Below, piece after piece: positions 18,702-46,734 of a stretch of 64,000 nucleotides of DNA. This DNA comes from Macrostomum lignano (taxonomy: Eukaryota), in the NCBI GenBank assembly GCA_002269645.1, contig NIVC01000169.1, forward strand, positions 650,097 to 714,096. The letters are read 5' to 3'. The position numbers and the translations under genes are program-made. Each line of letters opens with the position of its first letter. The first letter of the stretch is position 1. The notes under the pieces are model-generated. The model searched no databases, was not told the DNA's origin, and saw only the letters and a program-made list of their open reading frames with translations.

Positions 18702-19337
18702 ACTTTGCTAAGAATTGTGGAATTTTGAGACAAAATACACGGCAATAGGAATCTTACACAGATCATTTTGTAAAGATATTGCTGCAGAACCAACAAGTAC
18801 TGTAGTTTTTGAGCCCTGTCTCTCTGCTTGTTAAATTTACCAAGTTGAATATTTCTCGGCAAGTGCATACTGCATATACTACTACATCAGCCTGGAGTAG
18901 TAGCAATTGCAGGTTTTCTAATTCGCCTTAAATTTTAGCTTATTTTTGACTTAGCAAACTTAAAAAAAATTTTCACCATTGGAAATACTTTTCCTATTTT
19001 GAGATTAGTATATAATAAGATTACAAGTGCTGTAGCTAATAATATTTTTATTATCTTTGTTTTGATTAATATTGTTGTAGTTTTTCTCTTACTGCTTCTT
19101 ACAATGCTATCAATATGTCTAATATTTATTTTTTAGTTACTAATAATCTACCTTCGTATTTGCATTAAATCTGCACTCCATTATACACTTTTTTTAATTA
19201 TGCAGTTTTAGAAATCAGTTATATCAAAATCTTTGTTGTTATAAACGCTTTCTTACTGGTACTACTTTATTGCATAAGTTTAAAGAGTATGGGGTGTCGA
19301 TGTTCTGAAAAAGGGCTGTTTTTAAGGGATGGGGTTG

Positions 19338-19628
19338 ATGGGGCTGTAGGAGGGGCTGTAGGATGGGCTGTAGGAGGGGCTGTAGGAGGGGCTGTAGGAG
19401 GGGCTGTAGGATGGGCTGTAGGAGGGGCTGTAGGATGGGCTGTAGGAGGGGCTGTAGGAGGGGCTGTAGGAGGGGCTGTAGGAGGGGCTGTAGGATGGGC
19501 TGTAGGATGGGCTGTAGGAGGGGCTGTAGGATGGGCTGTAGGAGGGGCTGTAGGAGGGGCTGTAGGATGGGCTGTAGGAGGGGCTGTAGGATGGGCTGTA
19601 GGATGGGCTGTAGGATGGTCTGTAGGAT
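19338..19628. repeat. 12-bp GGCTGTAGGA(G/T)G array, duplicated copy (shorter, lacks the 13-bp part)
   Basis: Same unit and same right junction (GGTCTGTAGGATGTCCAAG) as at 12110. Confidence 0.95.
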
Positions 19629-20029
19629 GTCCAAGTCGCCAGTCTGTGGTGCGCAAATACAACTTGAATGAAACTGAACTTGTATAGAATTCTTGACGAG
19701 ACACTCCGCAGTGTCGTTTCCTTTCAGGCGAAGCAAACAGAGACCTTACTTGATTGGGAACAAAGTTACTTTCTTCCCATAGTTAACAAGCAACCAAGCG
19801 GAGATCCAGCATTTAAACGGAAACGCAAACATCACACAATAGGCAGGCTACATGGCTTTGCAGCAGACTGTGTCCCGGGAATTCGCATACACACCCATTG
19901 TAAGAATTCTGATCAAACAAAGGATATCCGATGATACAGAGAGGTGAAAGTTTCAGCATCAAAATTGTATGAGATGCTAAAAATGTGAAAACTGACTGGA
20001 GCAGAAATCAGAAATCGCAAAGACGAGAT

Positions 20030-20370
20030 TAACCGAGCTGCACCGATCAGGCCCCAATGCTCTCCGGCTCCATACCGAGCTGCACCAATCAGTCCCCAAT
20101 GCTCTCCGGCTCCATACCGAGCTGCACCAATCAGTCCCCAATGCTCTCCGGCTCCATACCGAGCTGCACAAATCAGTCCCCAATGCTCTCCGGCTCCATA
20201 CCGAGCTGCACCAATCAGTCCCCAATGCTCTCCGGCTCCATACCGAGCTGCACCAATCAGTCCCCAATGCTCTCCGGCTCCATACCGAGCTGCACCAATC
20301 AGTCCCCAATGCTCTCCGGCTCCATACCGAGCTGCACCAATCAGTCCCCAATGCTCTCCGGCTCCATCGT
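20030..20370 (+). repeat. 42-bp x8 tandem repeat containing the lectin start codon
   Basis: Unit ACCGAGCTGCACCAATCAGTCCCCAATGCTCTCCGGCTCCAT; single copy in paralog 1 (12530-12571). Confidence 0.95.
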
Positions 20371-21190
20371 TCCCCTGCTGCTGCCGCTGCTGCTGCTCTG
20401 CCGACCTGCGACCTGCTGCACGCGGCCCGCCTCCTTCCACTCGATCCTCGCCTCCAACTGCGTGTCGCCAGCCCACTACCAGCGGCTCGACCTGGACATC
20501 GCCAACTGCGCCTTTCGCTGTCGGGCAGCTCCGCGGTGCCGGGCCTTCGCCATGGAGGCCGGACACGCCTCGGACGCTCAGGTCTGCCTGCTGTTCTCCT
20601 TCGATGCCTGCAGCTCGCAGCTGCTGCTCGATCCCAGCTCGATGGCGAGCAGCGGCTGCGCCAGCCGGCAGCTCCGAGTCTTCGTCAAGCAGTCGGAGGG
20701 TCTCGAGCCGGGCCGGCTCTGTCCCGCCGACTATCGCTGGGTGTCCGGCGTCAGCGGCGGCAGCTTCAAGGGCTCGCTGTACAAGGCTGCTGGGAGCGGG
20801 CAGGAGGCCAGCTGGAGTGCTCAGGCCGACAGCTGCCGGAGCTTCTTGAGCAGCTCGGACGGGTCCGCCATGCCGCTGACGAAGCTGGCCGATCTCGGCA
20901 GCGTCGAGGAGCTGCAGGACGTGAGGGCGTCGGCTGGACTTTCCAGCCAGGAAATCTGGGTTGGCGCTGCTGCTCTGGGCAACGGCAGCTGGGCGTGGGC
21001 GGACTGCGGCTGGCCGCTGCGGCTGCTGAGCGCTTCAGATGGCGGAGTCTGGAGTTCTGGCGCTCCCAACAATCCACCTAACTCCAACTTACGCGCTAGA
21101 ATTCAAGGTTCTGGTCTGAACGACAAGCCAGATTCGTTTGAGTGCTACGGAGCCTGCGAGTGCCTGGACCCGTTCTGGAGCAACAATTGA
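20351..21190 (+). CDS. Secreted PAN/Apple-like + C-type lectin-like protein, copy 2 (279 aa from the last ATG; in-frame ATGs extend back to 20057)
   Basis: Near-identical to copy 1 up to ...GGVW; C-terminus has APNN and LND at the EPN/WND positions and GACEC. Confidence 0.75.
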   Translation: MLSGSIVPLLLPLLLLCRPATCCTRPASFHSILASNCVSPAHYQRLDLDIANCAFRCRAAPRCRAFAMEAGHASDAQVCLLFSFDACSSQLLLDPSSMASSGCASRQLRVFVKQSEGLEPGRLCPADYRWVSGVSGGSFKGSLYKAAGSGQEASWSAQADSCRSFLSSSDGSAMPLTKLADLGSVEELQDVRASAGLSSQEIWVGAAALGNGSWAWADCGWPLRLLSASDGGVWSSGAPNNPPNSNLRARIQGSGLNDKPDSFECYGACECLDPFWSNN

Positions 21191-22025
21191 ATTTCTTGGA
21201 AAACAAACTGTTCTGTTGACCATTTTTCAAACTTGGTGACGAATTGCAACTCATTGGTGCAAGCAAATATTGAGATCTTTACGTCTAAAAAGTTTAAATT
21301 CCAGCTAGCTTAGCTTAGTCTAGTTAGTCTAGTCTAGTCTAGCAAAACGCACTTCATGAAGCAGTATTGGAGAGGAGTGTACATCAATCAGTTTGCGCAA
21401 TATCAGCATAGTTGTACCCCATGCTCTAATATGTTTTGTGTCCCCGTTACTCTGTGTTTCAAGCAAATATTCGGTTCGATCGTTTGATAGTGCTTTGATA
21501 GCAACAATGCCATGTGCTTTGATAGCAACAATCATGAAAAGTAGTCTGTCAAGATCGCACAGTAATCTTCTAAGAATGTTCCATAAAGTTCTGGGATCAA
21601 ATTTTCTAGAAACGGCGAGACCATTCTCGACAACCGAATAAATTTTATTCTACCTGACGATGCTGTATGCTCAGCGAAACATGTGCAAAAGACACTAAAG
21701 TTTTAATTTTATTCGGCATTAATATCCACGTTAGTCCACGTTAGGGGTTGGCAAATAAAAATAAAACTAAAAATTCAACACTTCCCTTTAAAAATAAATC
21801 TTCTTTAAGCATCTTCTTTCGGCAAACTTTTATAGCATCTATTTGGTAGAGATTAAGTAAAATAGTAGTCATTATCAAACTACTCTACTGATTTGAGTAG
21901 AATGACGCAAAACTATTATGTAGTTTATAAGTGCAGAATTAAAAAGAAATAGTTCGCAAAAGAGTGAATTTTATAATAGTGAATGAAAATCTTGCCGGGT
22001 CGGATGTCATGGAGGTCATTTAAGG

Positions 22026-37127
<15,102 letters not shown>

Positions 37128-39009
37128 TGCCTGGCTTGTTGCTGGGATGTCGCTAAGCGAGTCCGGTCATGAATTGATTATCTATTCGTTTTTAGTAATG
37201 CTACAAAAATGCAAAACTCATTAGCAGTCGCAAGATTTGAATAGCTTAATTGTATTAATTTGGGCGGACTAAATTGTAAAATATTTGTAAAAATCTAGGT
37301 AAAGTCTTTGAATATGTGACATTAGGTGTATATTTTGACAATTATATAAATACACAATATATAAATACATACATAATACACAAGTTATTTATATTGCCTA
37401 TTGACTTTAGGTTTACATATATTTATTTCTTAGGATATCATATATGTAAAGGTATTATATTTGTGAATGAAGAACTGCCAGCAAAATAAATTAAAGTCAA
37501 CAAAATTTAAATATAAAAAGTGCTTAAGTTGAACTTAAATCAGAACTTTGACACTCAAAAAAACAGAAGCGGGTCGGAGCAATAAAAAATCTAAGCTTGT
37601 GTTTCTGGTAATCTTAGGTAAGTAATACAATGCAAAAACAGTGTGATGGACATTGGTTTTAGGTTTAGGAACAGTGGGTTGTGATGCAATCGCCTCGCTT
37701 TTTGGCCAATGCCACACCAATTTGGCTAACAACTTTTTTCTCTATAATTTTATACTGAAAGCTTTATTTTTGTCTTAGAAATATTTCTGTCTCCACCACC
37801 TTTCAGTTGTTTCTACGGAATGAACCATAATTATTGCTTAAAGAGCAAAATGAATTTAAAAATCACAGATGTAACGAATGTTAAATACTCGTAGCTGTGT
37901 ACACAAAACAAAATTGTTTTACTTATAACACTTAGAAAAATGAATTATTGAGTTTATTGTGTTGGGTAATGCAAAAAATACGTCTTTGATGTTCTAATGC
38001 TTTGTTATTTTTTAATTTTGCAATCTATTTGTTGTACTAATAATAATCCGGGTTTTTTAATGCTTACATATAACGCTAGCATTTTATTTCAGTTTATGAT
38101 CGACAGCTTTTAGGTAAATGTTTACTTCTAAATGTTTAACTCTAGGATTTTACTGTAAGAAATTTATTAAGGAGGAAATAAAACAAAATATTATGAACTT
38201 ATTGTTTGCCTTGTCCTGTACTTTTGTTAGCTTGAGTATTGGCATGCAATTTTAAACTCTCTCTTTTCTAAGAAAGCATAAGATAATTATCCGCGTGTTA
38301 CTTCCGCTATATTTATTGAATCAGGTGGCTATCTTATAAATACCAATAGTTTCTTGATTATAATAGGTATAAAAATGACTGCTGTTATAAAAACATTCAA
38401 TAGTTTTACCATTAAACTGTGATTAACTAAATATTTTTAAGTTAAGTTATACATCAGCTGATGGTTTTTTTTTCTTGAAAGTTACTTCTTTGAGTTATTA
38501 AAAGCTTTTCCTCTTTGAGGATAGGCTTTTTGAAATTTTCTGAAAATGCTATGCTCCTAAGCGATTAATTCATTAAAGCAGATTTATTTTATAGCAAAGT
38601 AGTAATATTTTGGAAGAGTGAAAAATAAAAATATTGATAAACCAGAAGATCCATGGTTTTTTTAGATTCAGTGCTTTTAACTTTTAGTATAAATTTATCT
38701 AGTTTTATCTTGTATATTCTAACTTTTCGCTCAATGATAGACCCTAAATGTAATACTTTTTGCTAAATTAACTATAGTGTCTATAGATGAGCAAATTATG
38801 CCTTATGAATACTTTATGAATACTCTTGAAGCTTACATTACGAGTATATGATCTACTACCCTACTGTAAATAATAAAAATATCTTGCAATAAATTATAAA
38901 CATAATATACGTTTTTATGGTTCATGAATTTCTATTTAAACTTTGATAATTTAATGACACAATTGGCAATTGAAAATATTGCTGTTATTCAAGACTAATA
39001 AAAGAAAAA

Positions 39010-42000
39010 ATGCCAGGATCAAAGAAGCCAAGATCGGTTCGGCTGCTCACAGATCTGGCCGAACAGCTCGATCGACAGTTTGAAGGCGAAACGGCATTGC
39101 AGGAGCTCGCTGACTTTCTTCAGAGCCGCGACATCCGCGCCGCTGTGGCCGCTCACGAGACTCTCAGACGGATGGAGAAACAGAAACGGAAACTCGGTGG
39201 TGGCATCGAGAAGAGCGCCTTCCCGGAGGCGGCGAGCACGGACTTTATTCAGGCCCTCCGGTCCGCTCTGGACACCCTCGAACCTGCGGCCGCCGGGTCC
39301 AATGACGACGCCTGCGAGCTGTACGACCTGCTGGCGTCCGCTCGGATGAACATCTTTGTGGACGCTCTGGAGGACATCGGACATCGAAATTATAAGGTTT
39401 GCCTGATACTCTGCTCCGTTTGCAGCATTCTTCATCCCTACAGACTTCCTCATCCTCCCATAGCAACAGAATTCATCAACCCTAGCAACAGACTTCTCAC
39501 CCCCTAGCAACAGGCTTCCTCACCCTCTAGCAACAGACTTCCTCATCCCCTTGCAACAGGCTTCCTCACCCTCTAGCAACAGACTTCCTCATCCCCTCAT
39601 CCCTAGCAACAGGCTTCGTCACCCCCAAGCAACAGACTTCCTCACGCCCTAGCAACAGACTTCCTCACCCCCTAGCAACAGACTTCCTCATCCCCCCATC
39701 CCTAGCAACAGGCTTCGTCACCCTCTAGCAACAGACTTCCTCATCCCCTCATCCCTAGCAACAGGCTTCGTCACCCCCTAGCAACAGACTTCCTCACGCC
39801 CTAGCAACAGACTTCCTCACGCCCTAGCAACAGACTTCCTCACGCCCTAGCAACAGACTTCCTCACGCCCTAGCAACAGACTTCCTCACCCCCTAGCAAC
39901 AGACTTCCTCATCCCCCCATCCCTAGCAACAGGCTTCGTCACCCCCTAGCAACAGACTTCCTCACCCCTAGCAGCTGACTTCCTCACCCCCTAGAAACAG
40001 ACTTCCTCACGCCTTAGCAACAGACTCCTCACCCTGAGCCGGCTTCCTCGCCCCTAGCAACAAACCAAATGTCCCATCGTCAGGGCGAGCCGCCCCTAGG
40101 CCGAGTCTCCAGCCACGATCTGGTCGAGTGCAACGTTGATGAAGGCGAGCAGATGGCGGGCGGGAACCACAGCCTCCCCCGAGGCGCTGGCGCTCTGTCC
40201 GCCAGTCTGGGCGGCGGCTCCGAGCTGATTGGGCAGCCGCCGGACGGTCAGGATTGGCGCGGGTCGCGCGAAGACGATTTAGACGAGTTCGGCCGGCCAC
40301 AGAAGATGATCGCCTTTAGCAAGGTGAGAGGGCAGAGGTGCGAGTGTGGCGCCCCGCTGATGAAAAGGCGCCCCCACTCAATGTTATGGCGCCCCCTCAA
40401 ACGAAATGCCTTCTCTACTCAATGAAATGGCGCCTCTACTCAATGAAATGGCGCCTCTACTCAATGAAATGGCGCCTCTACTCAATGAAATGGCGCCTCT
40501 ACTCAATGAAATGGCGCCTCTACTCAATGAAATGGCGCCCCTACTCAATGAAATGGCGCCTCTACTCAATGAAATGGCGCCCCTACTCAATGAAATGGCG
40601 CCCCTACTCAATGAAATGGCGCCTCTACTCAATGAAATGGCGCCTCTACTCAATGAAATGGCGCCTCTACTCAATGAAATGGCGCCTCTACTCAATGAAA
40701 TGGCGCCCCTACTCAATGAAATGGCGCCTCTACTCAATGAAATGGCGCCCCTACTCAATGAAATGGCGCCTCTACTCAATGAAATGGCGCCTCTACTCAA
40801 TGAAATGGCGCCCCTACTCAATACAATGGCGCCCCTAGTCAATGAAATGGCGCCCTTACTCACTTAAATGGCGCCCATCGGACGAAATGGCGCCCCTACT
40901 GAATGAAATGGCGCCTCTTTGATAAAACGGCGTCCCTCTGATAAAATGGCGCCCATCTGATGAAATGGCGCCCCCAAAATGCTATGCCTTCGATACAACG
41001 ATTAACAATGAGCGTTGGCCCATAAAGTATCGGCTCGGACAAGTCACTCCACCAGCTTAGGAATCGAACTCATGACCTAAGTCGCCACTGACCATTCCAG
41101 GCGCCAGGAGAGGACCTGGGCATCACTGTGGGGACAATCGAATGGTACGATGAGAACACGGGCCAAAGCGGTCTGGACATTGTGGTGGAGCGCATCATGG
41201 CCGGGTCCAGGATCGACCAGCAGAACACCCTGAAGCCCTATGACGTCATCAGGGAAGTGAACGGCATCCCGATTGACTCACCAGAGAAGCTGCAACAGGT
41301 GATGCGGAAAGCCAGCGGAAATATCACCTTGAAGGTGCGGTCTGGATTCTACGAAAGCTCCAAGCCTGTACAGGTAATTACGAGTATAATTTACTTTTTT
41401 ACTACTGACGAGTAGAACGTATTGAATATTATTGAATATTACTCTGTGCCTTGGGTGTACGTTGGCCCCTTGTTAAGTTGGCACGTTAATTGCACGAGCA
41501 GAGCCAAGCCGAGATTCCAATTCAGCCCCAAATTAATGCGACTGCACTTGGAATCGAGCCTGGGACGCTGGCACACCAGAGCGCCGCGCTGGACCCACTG
41601 GGCTACGGTTCCCCTATGCTGTAATTGCTCCTTAATATCCTTTAATTACTTACTTAATGACAATAAACATTTATTTCATACTCTCTACTCATAGTATCTA
41701 ATCTGAACTGTTTATTTATGCATCAGTAAAATATTTGTTTTTAATTAATTATAACATATTGGTACTTCAACCGTTAATTCTAACCCATGCAATTCCAGGA
41801 AGCATTCGTAAGTCTATTATGTCAGTTGTTGATTTTTTATTCTATAATTTTTTTAAGCACAAAATTATTTCACTACTCTGCAATTGTTCTTTCATTGATC
41901 GTTATGCACTACTATAAGCATGATTTTTAGTAGTCTGTTGCGAATCTGCCATCTGGAATTTAAAATTACCAGTAGAAGATATTTTATTTAGTAGAAAAAT

Positions 42001-45000
42001 CCAATCTGAAAAAAAAAATACTGTTCCAGAAATATCTTGCCTGTGGCACTAAATGTGGCGCTAAATCGGCGTTCAATTGGCGCTAAATCGGCGTAAACAG
42101 GCGTTCAATTGGCGCTAAATCTGCGCTAAATCGGCGTTCGATTGCCGCTAAATCGGCGCTAAATCGGTGCTAAATCGGCGCTCATATGGAGCTAAACCGG
42201 CGCTCATGTGGCTCTAAATCGGCGCTCATATGGCGCTAAACCGGTGCTCATGTGGCGCTAAATCGGCGCTCATGTGGCGCTAAACCCGTGCTCATGTGAC
42301 GCTAAATCAGAGCTCATGTGGCGCTAATTCGGCGCTGATGTGGCGCTAAATCGGAACTAAACTGGCGCTAAATTGAAGCTAAAGTAAATTTGACAGAAAT
42401 AAACAAGCATTTGATAAAAGCAAACATATTTTTCATAAAAAACCCTACAGACCTACGTGAAGGCGCTGTTCTCCTACGACCCTCAATACGACGGCCTGCT
42501 CCCGTGTCGCGAGGCTGGCCTGAAGTTCACCGTTGGCGACGTGCTGCAGGTGCTGTCGCAGGAGGACCCAAACTGGTGGCAGGCGCGGCTGTGGAGCAGC
42601 CAGGGCAGAGCCGGCCTCATCCCCTCCCTGACTCTGCAGGAGCGGCGGGTTGCCTTCGTCCAGTCAGCCCCGGATAAGGACGCCATCAACTACAAGGTGG
42701 GAGACGTGCTGTATGGGGCTGTGTCCCAAGCTGTATGGGGCTGTGTCCCAAGCTGTATGGGACTGTGTCCCAAGCTGTATGGGGCTGTGTCCCAAGCTGT
42801 ATGGGGCTGTGTCCCAAGCTGTATGGGGCTGTGTCCCAAGCTGTATGGGGCTGTGTCCCAAGCTGTATGGGGCTGTGTCCCAAGCTGTATGGGGCTGTGT
42901 CCCAAGCTGTATGGGGCTGTGTCCCAAGCTGTGTGGGGCTGTGTCCCAAGCTGTGTGGGGCTGTGTCCCAAGCTGTATGGGGCTGTGTCCCAAACTGATA
43001 TATTGGGGCCAGCACCAGGGGCGCCAGCACCAGAGGCGCCAGCACCAGGGGCGCCAGCAACAGGGACGCCAGCACAAGGGGCGCCAGCACCAGGGGCGCT
43101 AGCACCAGGGGCGCCAGCACCAGGGGCGCCAGCAACAGGGACGCCAGCACAAGGGGCGCCAGCACCAGGGGCGCTAGCACCAGGGGCGCCAGCACCAGGG
43201 GCGCTAGCACCAGGGGCGCCAGCACCAGGGGCGCCAGCACCAGGGGCTATTCTGCTCTAATTCTTTTGGAGAAGACGGAGTAAAAAAGTAAATAAGTAGA
43301 ACACACATGTCGCTCTCTGACAGGTCATGGGTCTCGGACTTACCAGCAAGAAAAGAAAAGTCAAAATGACCTACAAGGCCAAGTTGTCGCAAACGTACGA
43401 GAAGTCGGACCTGACCATCTACCAGGAAGTGGCTCGGGTGCCGCCATTTAAGCGGTCTCTTGTGCTGTTGCTGGGCGCTCCAGGGATTGGCAAATACTCG
43501 CTTATTGATCAGCTGATCAGGTAAGGTTGTCAGCACTCTTTCAATTTTCACAAATCGGCACTGATTGGTCAGCTGTAGCCTCGCACCACCCCACTCCTCG
43601 CTGATTGGCCAGCGGTAGCCTCACACCCACCCCACTCCTCGCTGATTGGCCAGCGGTAGCCTCACACCCACCCCACTCCTCGCTGATTGGCCATCTGTAG
43701 CCTTGCACACACCCCACTCCGCGCTGATTGGCCAGCTGTAGCCTCACACCTACCCCACTCCTCGCTGATTGGCCAGCTGTAGACTCACACCCACCCCACT
43801 TCTCGCTGATTGGCCAGCTGTAGCCCTGCACCCACCCCACTCCGCGCTGGTTGGCCAGCTGTAGCCTCATACCCACCCCACTCCGCGCTGATTAGCCAGC
43901 TGTAGCCTTACACCCCACTCCGCGCAATTTTATACACCTGTCAGACAGAGACCGGAAGAGTTCGCCAGGCCAATTCCGCACACCAGCCGGCCTCAGAGAG
44001 ACGGAGAGTTGAACGGCGAGAAATACCTGTTCGCTGGGCAGTCCGAAATGGAGGTGGACATTCGGCGTGGCGGCTACCTGGAACACGGACAGCTCAATGG
44101 CCACCTGTATGGGATTAAGATGGACACGCTGAGGTCAATGGCTAAGCAGGTGGGGACAACAGAGCAGAAAGTCAAAGTGCCGCTGTGCACCCTGTGTGAG
44201 CGTGTGTATGAGTGTGCGTGCCTGCGGACAGTGTTGGTGCGGTTGTATGTGGAGTCAGCGGAATGGCAAGGTGTTGCACCAGGGTGCCCACAGCGGATAT
44301 TATGAGTAATTTTTTTTATAACCCCGCAGGACCGAACCCTTATCCTCGACTGCGCCCCAGAAAAGGCCCGGCTGGTGTGCACAGCGGAGTTCAAACCCTA
44401 CGTTGTGTTCCTGGCAGCCCCGAGCTTCGAGTGCATGAAGTCAATGTACGAGCTGGGCTCGTCTCTCGGACTCACACGAAAGCTGAAGCGGGTGAGCTCG
44501 TTATTTACGAGCTGAGTTTATAGATGAATGTGCAATCTGACGAGTTCCTAAGATTTTGACTGTGATTTTTTTTCAATTGGGGATTTGAGATTTTTGTATT
44601 TCGAAAAATAGGGTTTTTTATTTGGGATGTCTTGCTTTTGATTTGGAATTCTTAAAGGTTTTAAGTTGGCATTTTTTTATTTTGAGTGGGGGATTTTAGG
44701 ATTTTGATTTAGGATTTTGTGATTTTGATTTGGAGATTTTTGGGGATTTTGATTTGGAGATTTTTGGGATTTTGATTTGGGATTTGTGGGATTTTGATTT
44801 GGGATTTAGATTTGGAATTTTTTGGAATTTTAATTTTGGATTTTCGGGAATTTGATTTGGGATTGTTGGAAAGTTTGGTTTGGGATTTTTTGAGATTTTG
44901 ATTTGGGATTCTGGGATTTTGATTTGAGATTTTGATTTGGGGTTCTTGAAGTTTAATTTTTGGCTTTTTGCCTTTTTATTATGGATTTTCAGGCTAATTA

Positions 45001-45235
45001 GTGGTTCTACGTACTAAAGAGAAAAAATATGATTGTTCGAACCGAATTCCCCCGGCAGGATGAGGACTTTCGCCGCTCCATCCAGGAGTCAATTCGAATC
45101 GAGCGCTCTTACAGACACCTGTTCGATGCCGTGCTCATCTGCGACAACTTTGACGCCTGCTGTGAGCAGCTGGAGACCCTGCTGGACTCGCTGAGCAGGG
45201 AGCACCAGTGGCTGCCCGTCAGCTGGCTGTATTGA
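39010..45235 (+). CDS. MPP: p55/MPP-subfamily MAGUK scaffold (L27-L27-PDZ-SH3-HOOK-GK, ~628 aa, 8 exons)
   Basis: Exons 39010-39396, 40084-40323, 41101-41373, 42451-42696, 43324-43520, 43945-44149, 44330-44491, 45059-45235; phases are consistent. Motifs: PDZ EDLGITV..DVIREVNG; SH3 ALFSYDP..CREAGLKF..NWWQA..GLIPS; HOOK KKRKVK; GK LLGAPGIG, PHTSRP, YLEHG..LYG, KPYVVFLAAP; C-terminal QWLPVSWLY. Confidence 0.93.
39460..40065. repeat. ~23-bp minisatellite CCCTAGCAACAGACTTCCTCACG (MAGUK intron 1)
   Basis: Tandem degenerate units. Confidence 0.95.
40345..40980. repeat. 21-bp minisatellite AATGAAATGGCGCC(T/C)CTACTC (MAGUK intron 2)
   Basis: Tandem units; same AAATGGCGCC core as 2746-3140. Confidence 0.95.
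42050..42375. repeat. GGCGCTAAATC-type minisatellite (MAGUK intron 3)
   Basis: Degenerate 11/22-bp units. Confidence 0.85.
42705..43245. repeat. Compound minisatellite: 22-bp CTGTATGGGGCTGTGTCCCAAG then 15-bp GGCGCCAGCACCAGG (MAGUK intron 4)
   Basis: Two adjacent arrays after the donor at 42697. Confidence 0.95.
43555..43920 (-). repeat. 41-bp minisatellite CTGATTGGCCAGCTGTAGCCTCACACCCACCCCACTCCTCG (MAGUK intron 5)
   Basis: ~9 units; an inverted copy of this family lies at 46735-47035. Confidence 0.95.
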
Positions 45236-45404
45236 GCTGCTGTGATTGCTTTGTTGCCATGGTGACCGAAATTTCATGGCTGTTGACTTCTCGTTGAGAT
45301 TTTTACTTTGCATAGAAAAACGTGCTGCAGAATGTTGTGGGCCTTGACATTTTATGATTTGACTTCTCTGTTTGAAACTGGCTTAGCGGTGTGCTCTGCC
45401 CTCT

Positions 45405-46080
45405 AACCTCACCCTCCTCTCCCTCTCCATCTCCCTCTCCCTCTTCCTCTCCCTCTCCCTCTCCCTCTCCTTATCTCCCTTCTCTACATCTCCCCCTGTC
45501 CCTCTCCCTCTCCATCTCCCTCTCCCTCTCCCTCTCACTTTCCCTCTCCCTCTCTTCTCCCTCTCACCCTCCTCTTCTCCCTCTCCCTCTCCATCTCCCT
45601 CTCCCTCTCCTTATCTCCCTTCTCTACATCTCCCCCTGTCCCTCTCCCTCTCCATCTCCCTCGCCCTCTTCCTCTCCCTTCTCTACATCTCCCCCTGTCC
45701 CTCTCCCTCTCCATCTCCCTCGCCCTCTTCCTCTCCCTTCTCTACATCTCCCCCTGTCCCTCTCCCTCTCCATCTCCCTCTCCCTCTCCCTCTCACTTTC
45801 CCTCTCCCTCTCCCTCTCACTTTCCCTCTCCCTCTCCCTCTCACTTTCCCTCTCCCTCTCCCTCTCCCTCTCACTTTCCCTCTCCCTCTCCCTCTCACTT
45901 TCCCTCTCCCTCTCCCTCTCCCTCTCCCTCTCCATCTCCCTCTCCCTCTCCTTATCTCCCTTCTCTACATCTCCCCCTGTCCCTCTCCCTCTCACTCTCC
46001 CTCTCTTCTCCCTCTCCCTCTCTCTTCTTTACATCTCCCATCTGCCCATCTCCCTCTCACTCTTCCTTCCCCCCTCTCTC
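45405..46080. repeat. Polypyrimidine (CTCTCC)n tract downstream of the MAGUK stop
   Basis: C/T-dominated low complexity; source of the ER/GR artefact ORFs. Confidence 0.95.
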
Positions 46081-46734
46081 TCTATGTGTGCTTCATTTTC
46101 GATTTTTTACTATCGTTAGTTTAAAGTCAAGTACTTCTTCGAGTGCAACTTCTTTGAATCATGTTAGAAGTAAGATAGATTTACAATCTGATATAATTAC
46201 ACCTTCACTTGATTCTTCATGCTTTCATTATAAACATTTAACATTCCGTAGTTTTTATCATATAGTTTCGCAATTTATGATTAAATTTTGATGTATTTTC
46301 CATTGCAATAACAAATTTATGAATGTAAAAAGTAGAAACTATCTTTCAACACATCGGAAATGGGTTGTCAAGTTTTACAATTCCTGTTTTACCAAATTTT
46401 CATCTTTTTAGCTATTCAATATTTTTAGTTGTTCAAAATTGTTGTTATCAAAGTTTTTAAATCAACTGTAAAAAGGATTTATTGATTTTTACGATCGATA
46501 TTTTTTCTTGCATTCCAATAATATTGTCTGTGTCCTCCAGTGCAATAAAATAATTTTAACTTTTTGGTCACAATTTTAATGACCTGATCCCTGCGCGCGA
46601 AACACTGAATTCAGAGTATTTTATTTGCTACAAAAGTCTCAAGCTTACACTAAGAGTAACAATTAATTAACAAGTGGGAAGATGCGCAAGTACCTGGTAC
46701 AATATGTCCTTTAAACGAAGTGGGTGGGTGTGAG

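Noticed and set aside
45391-46119. SL/ER dipeptide ORFs
   Set aside because: Polypyrimidine low-complexity tract
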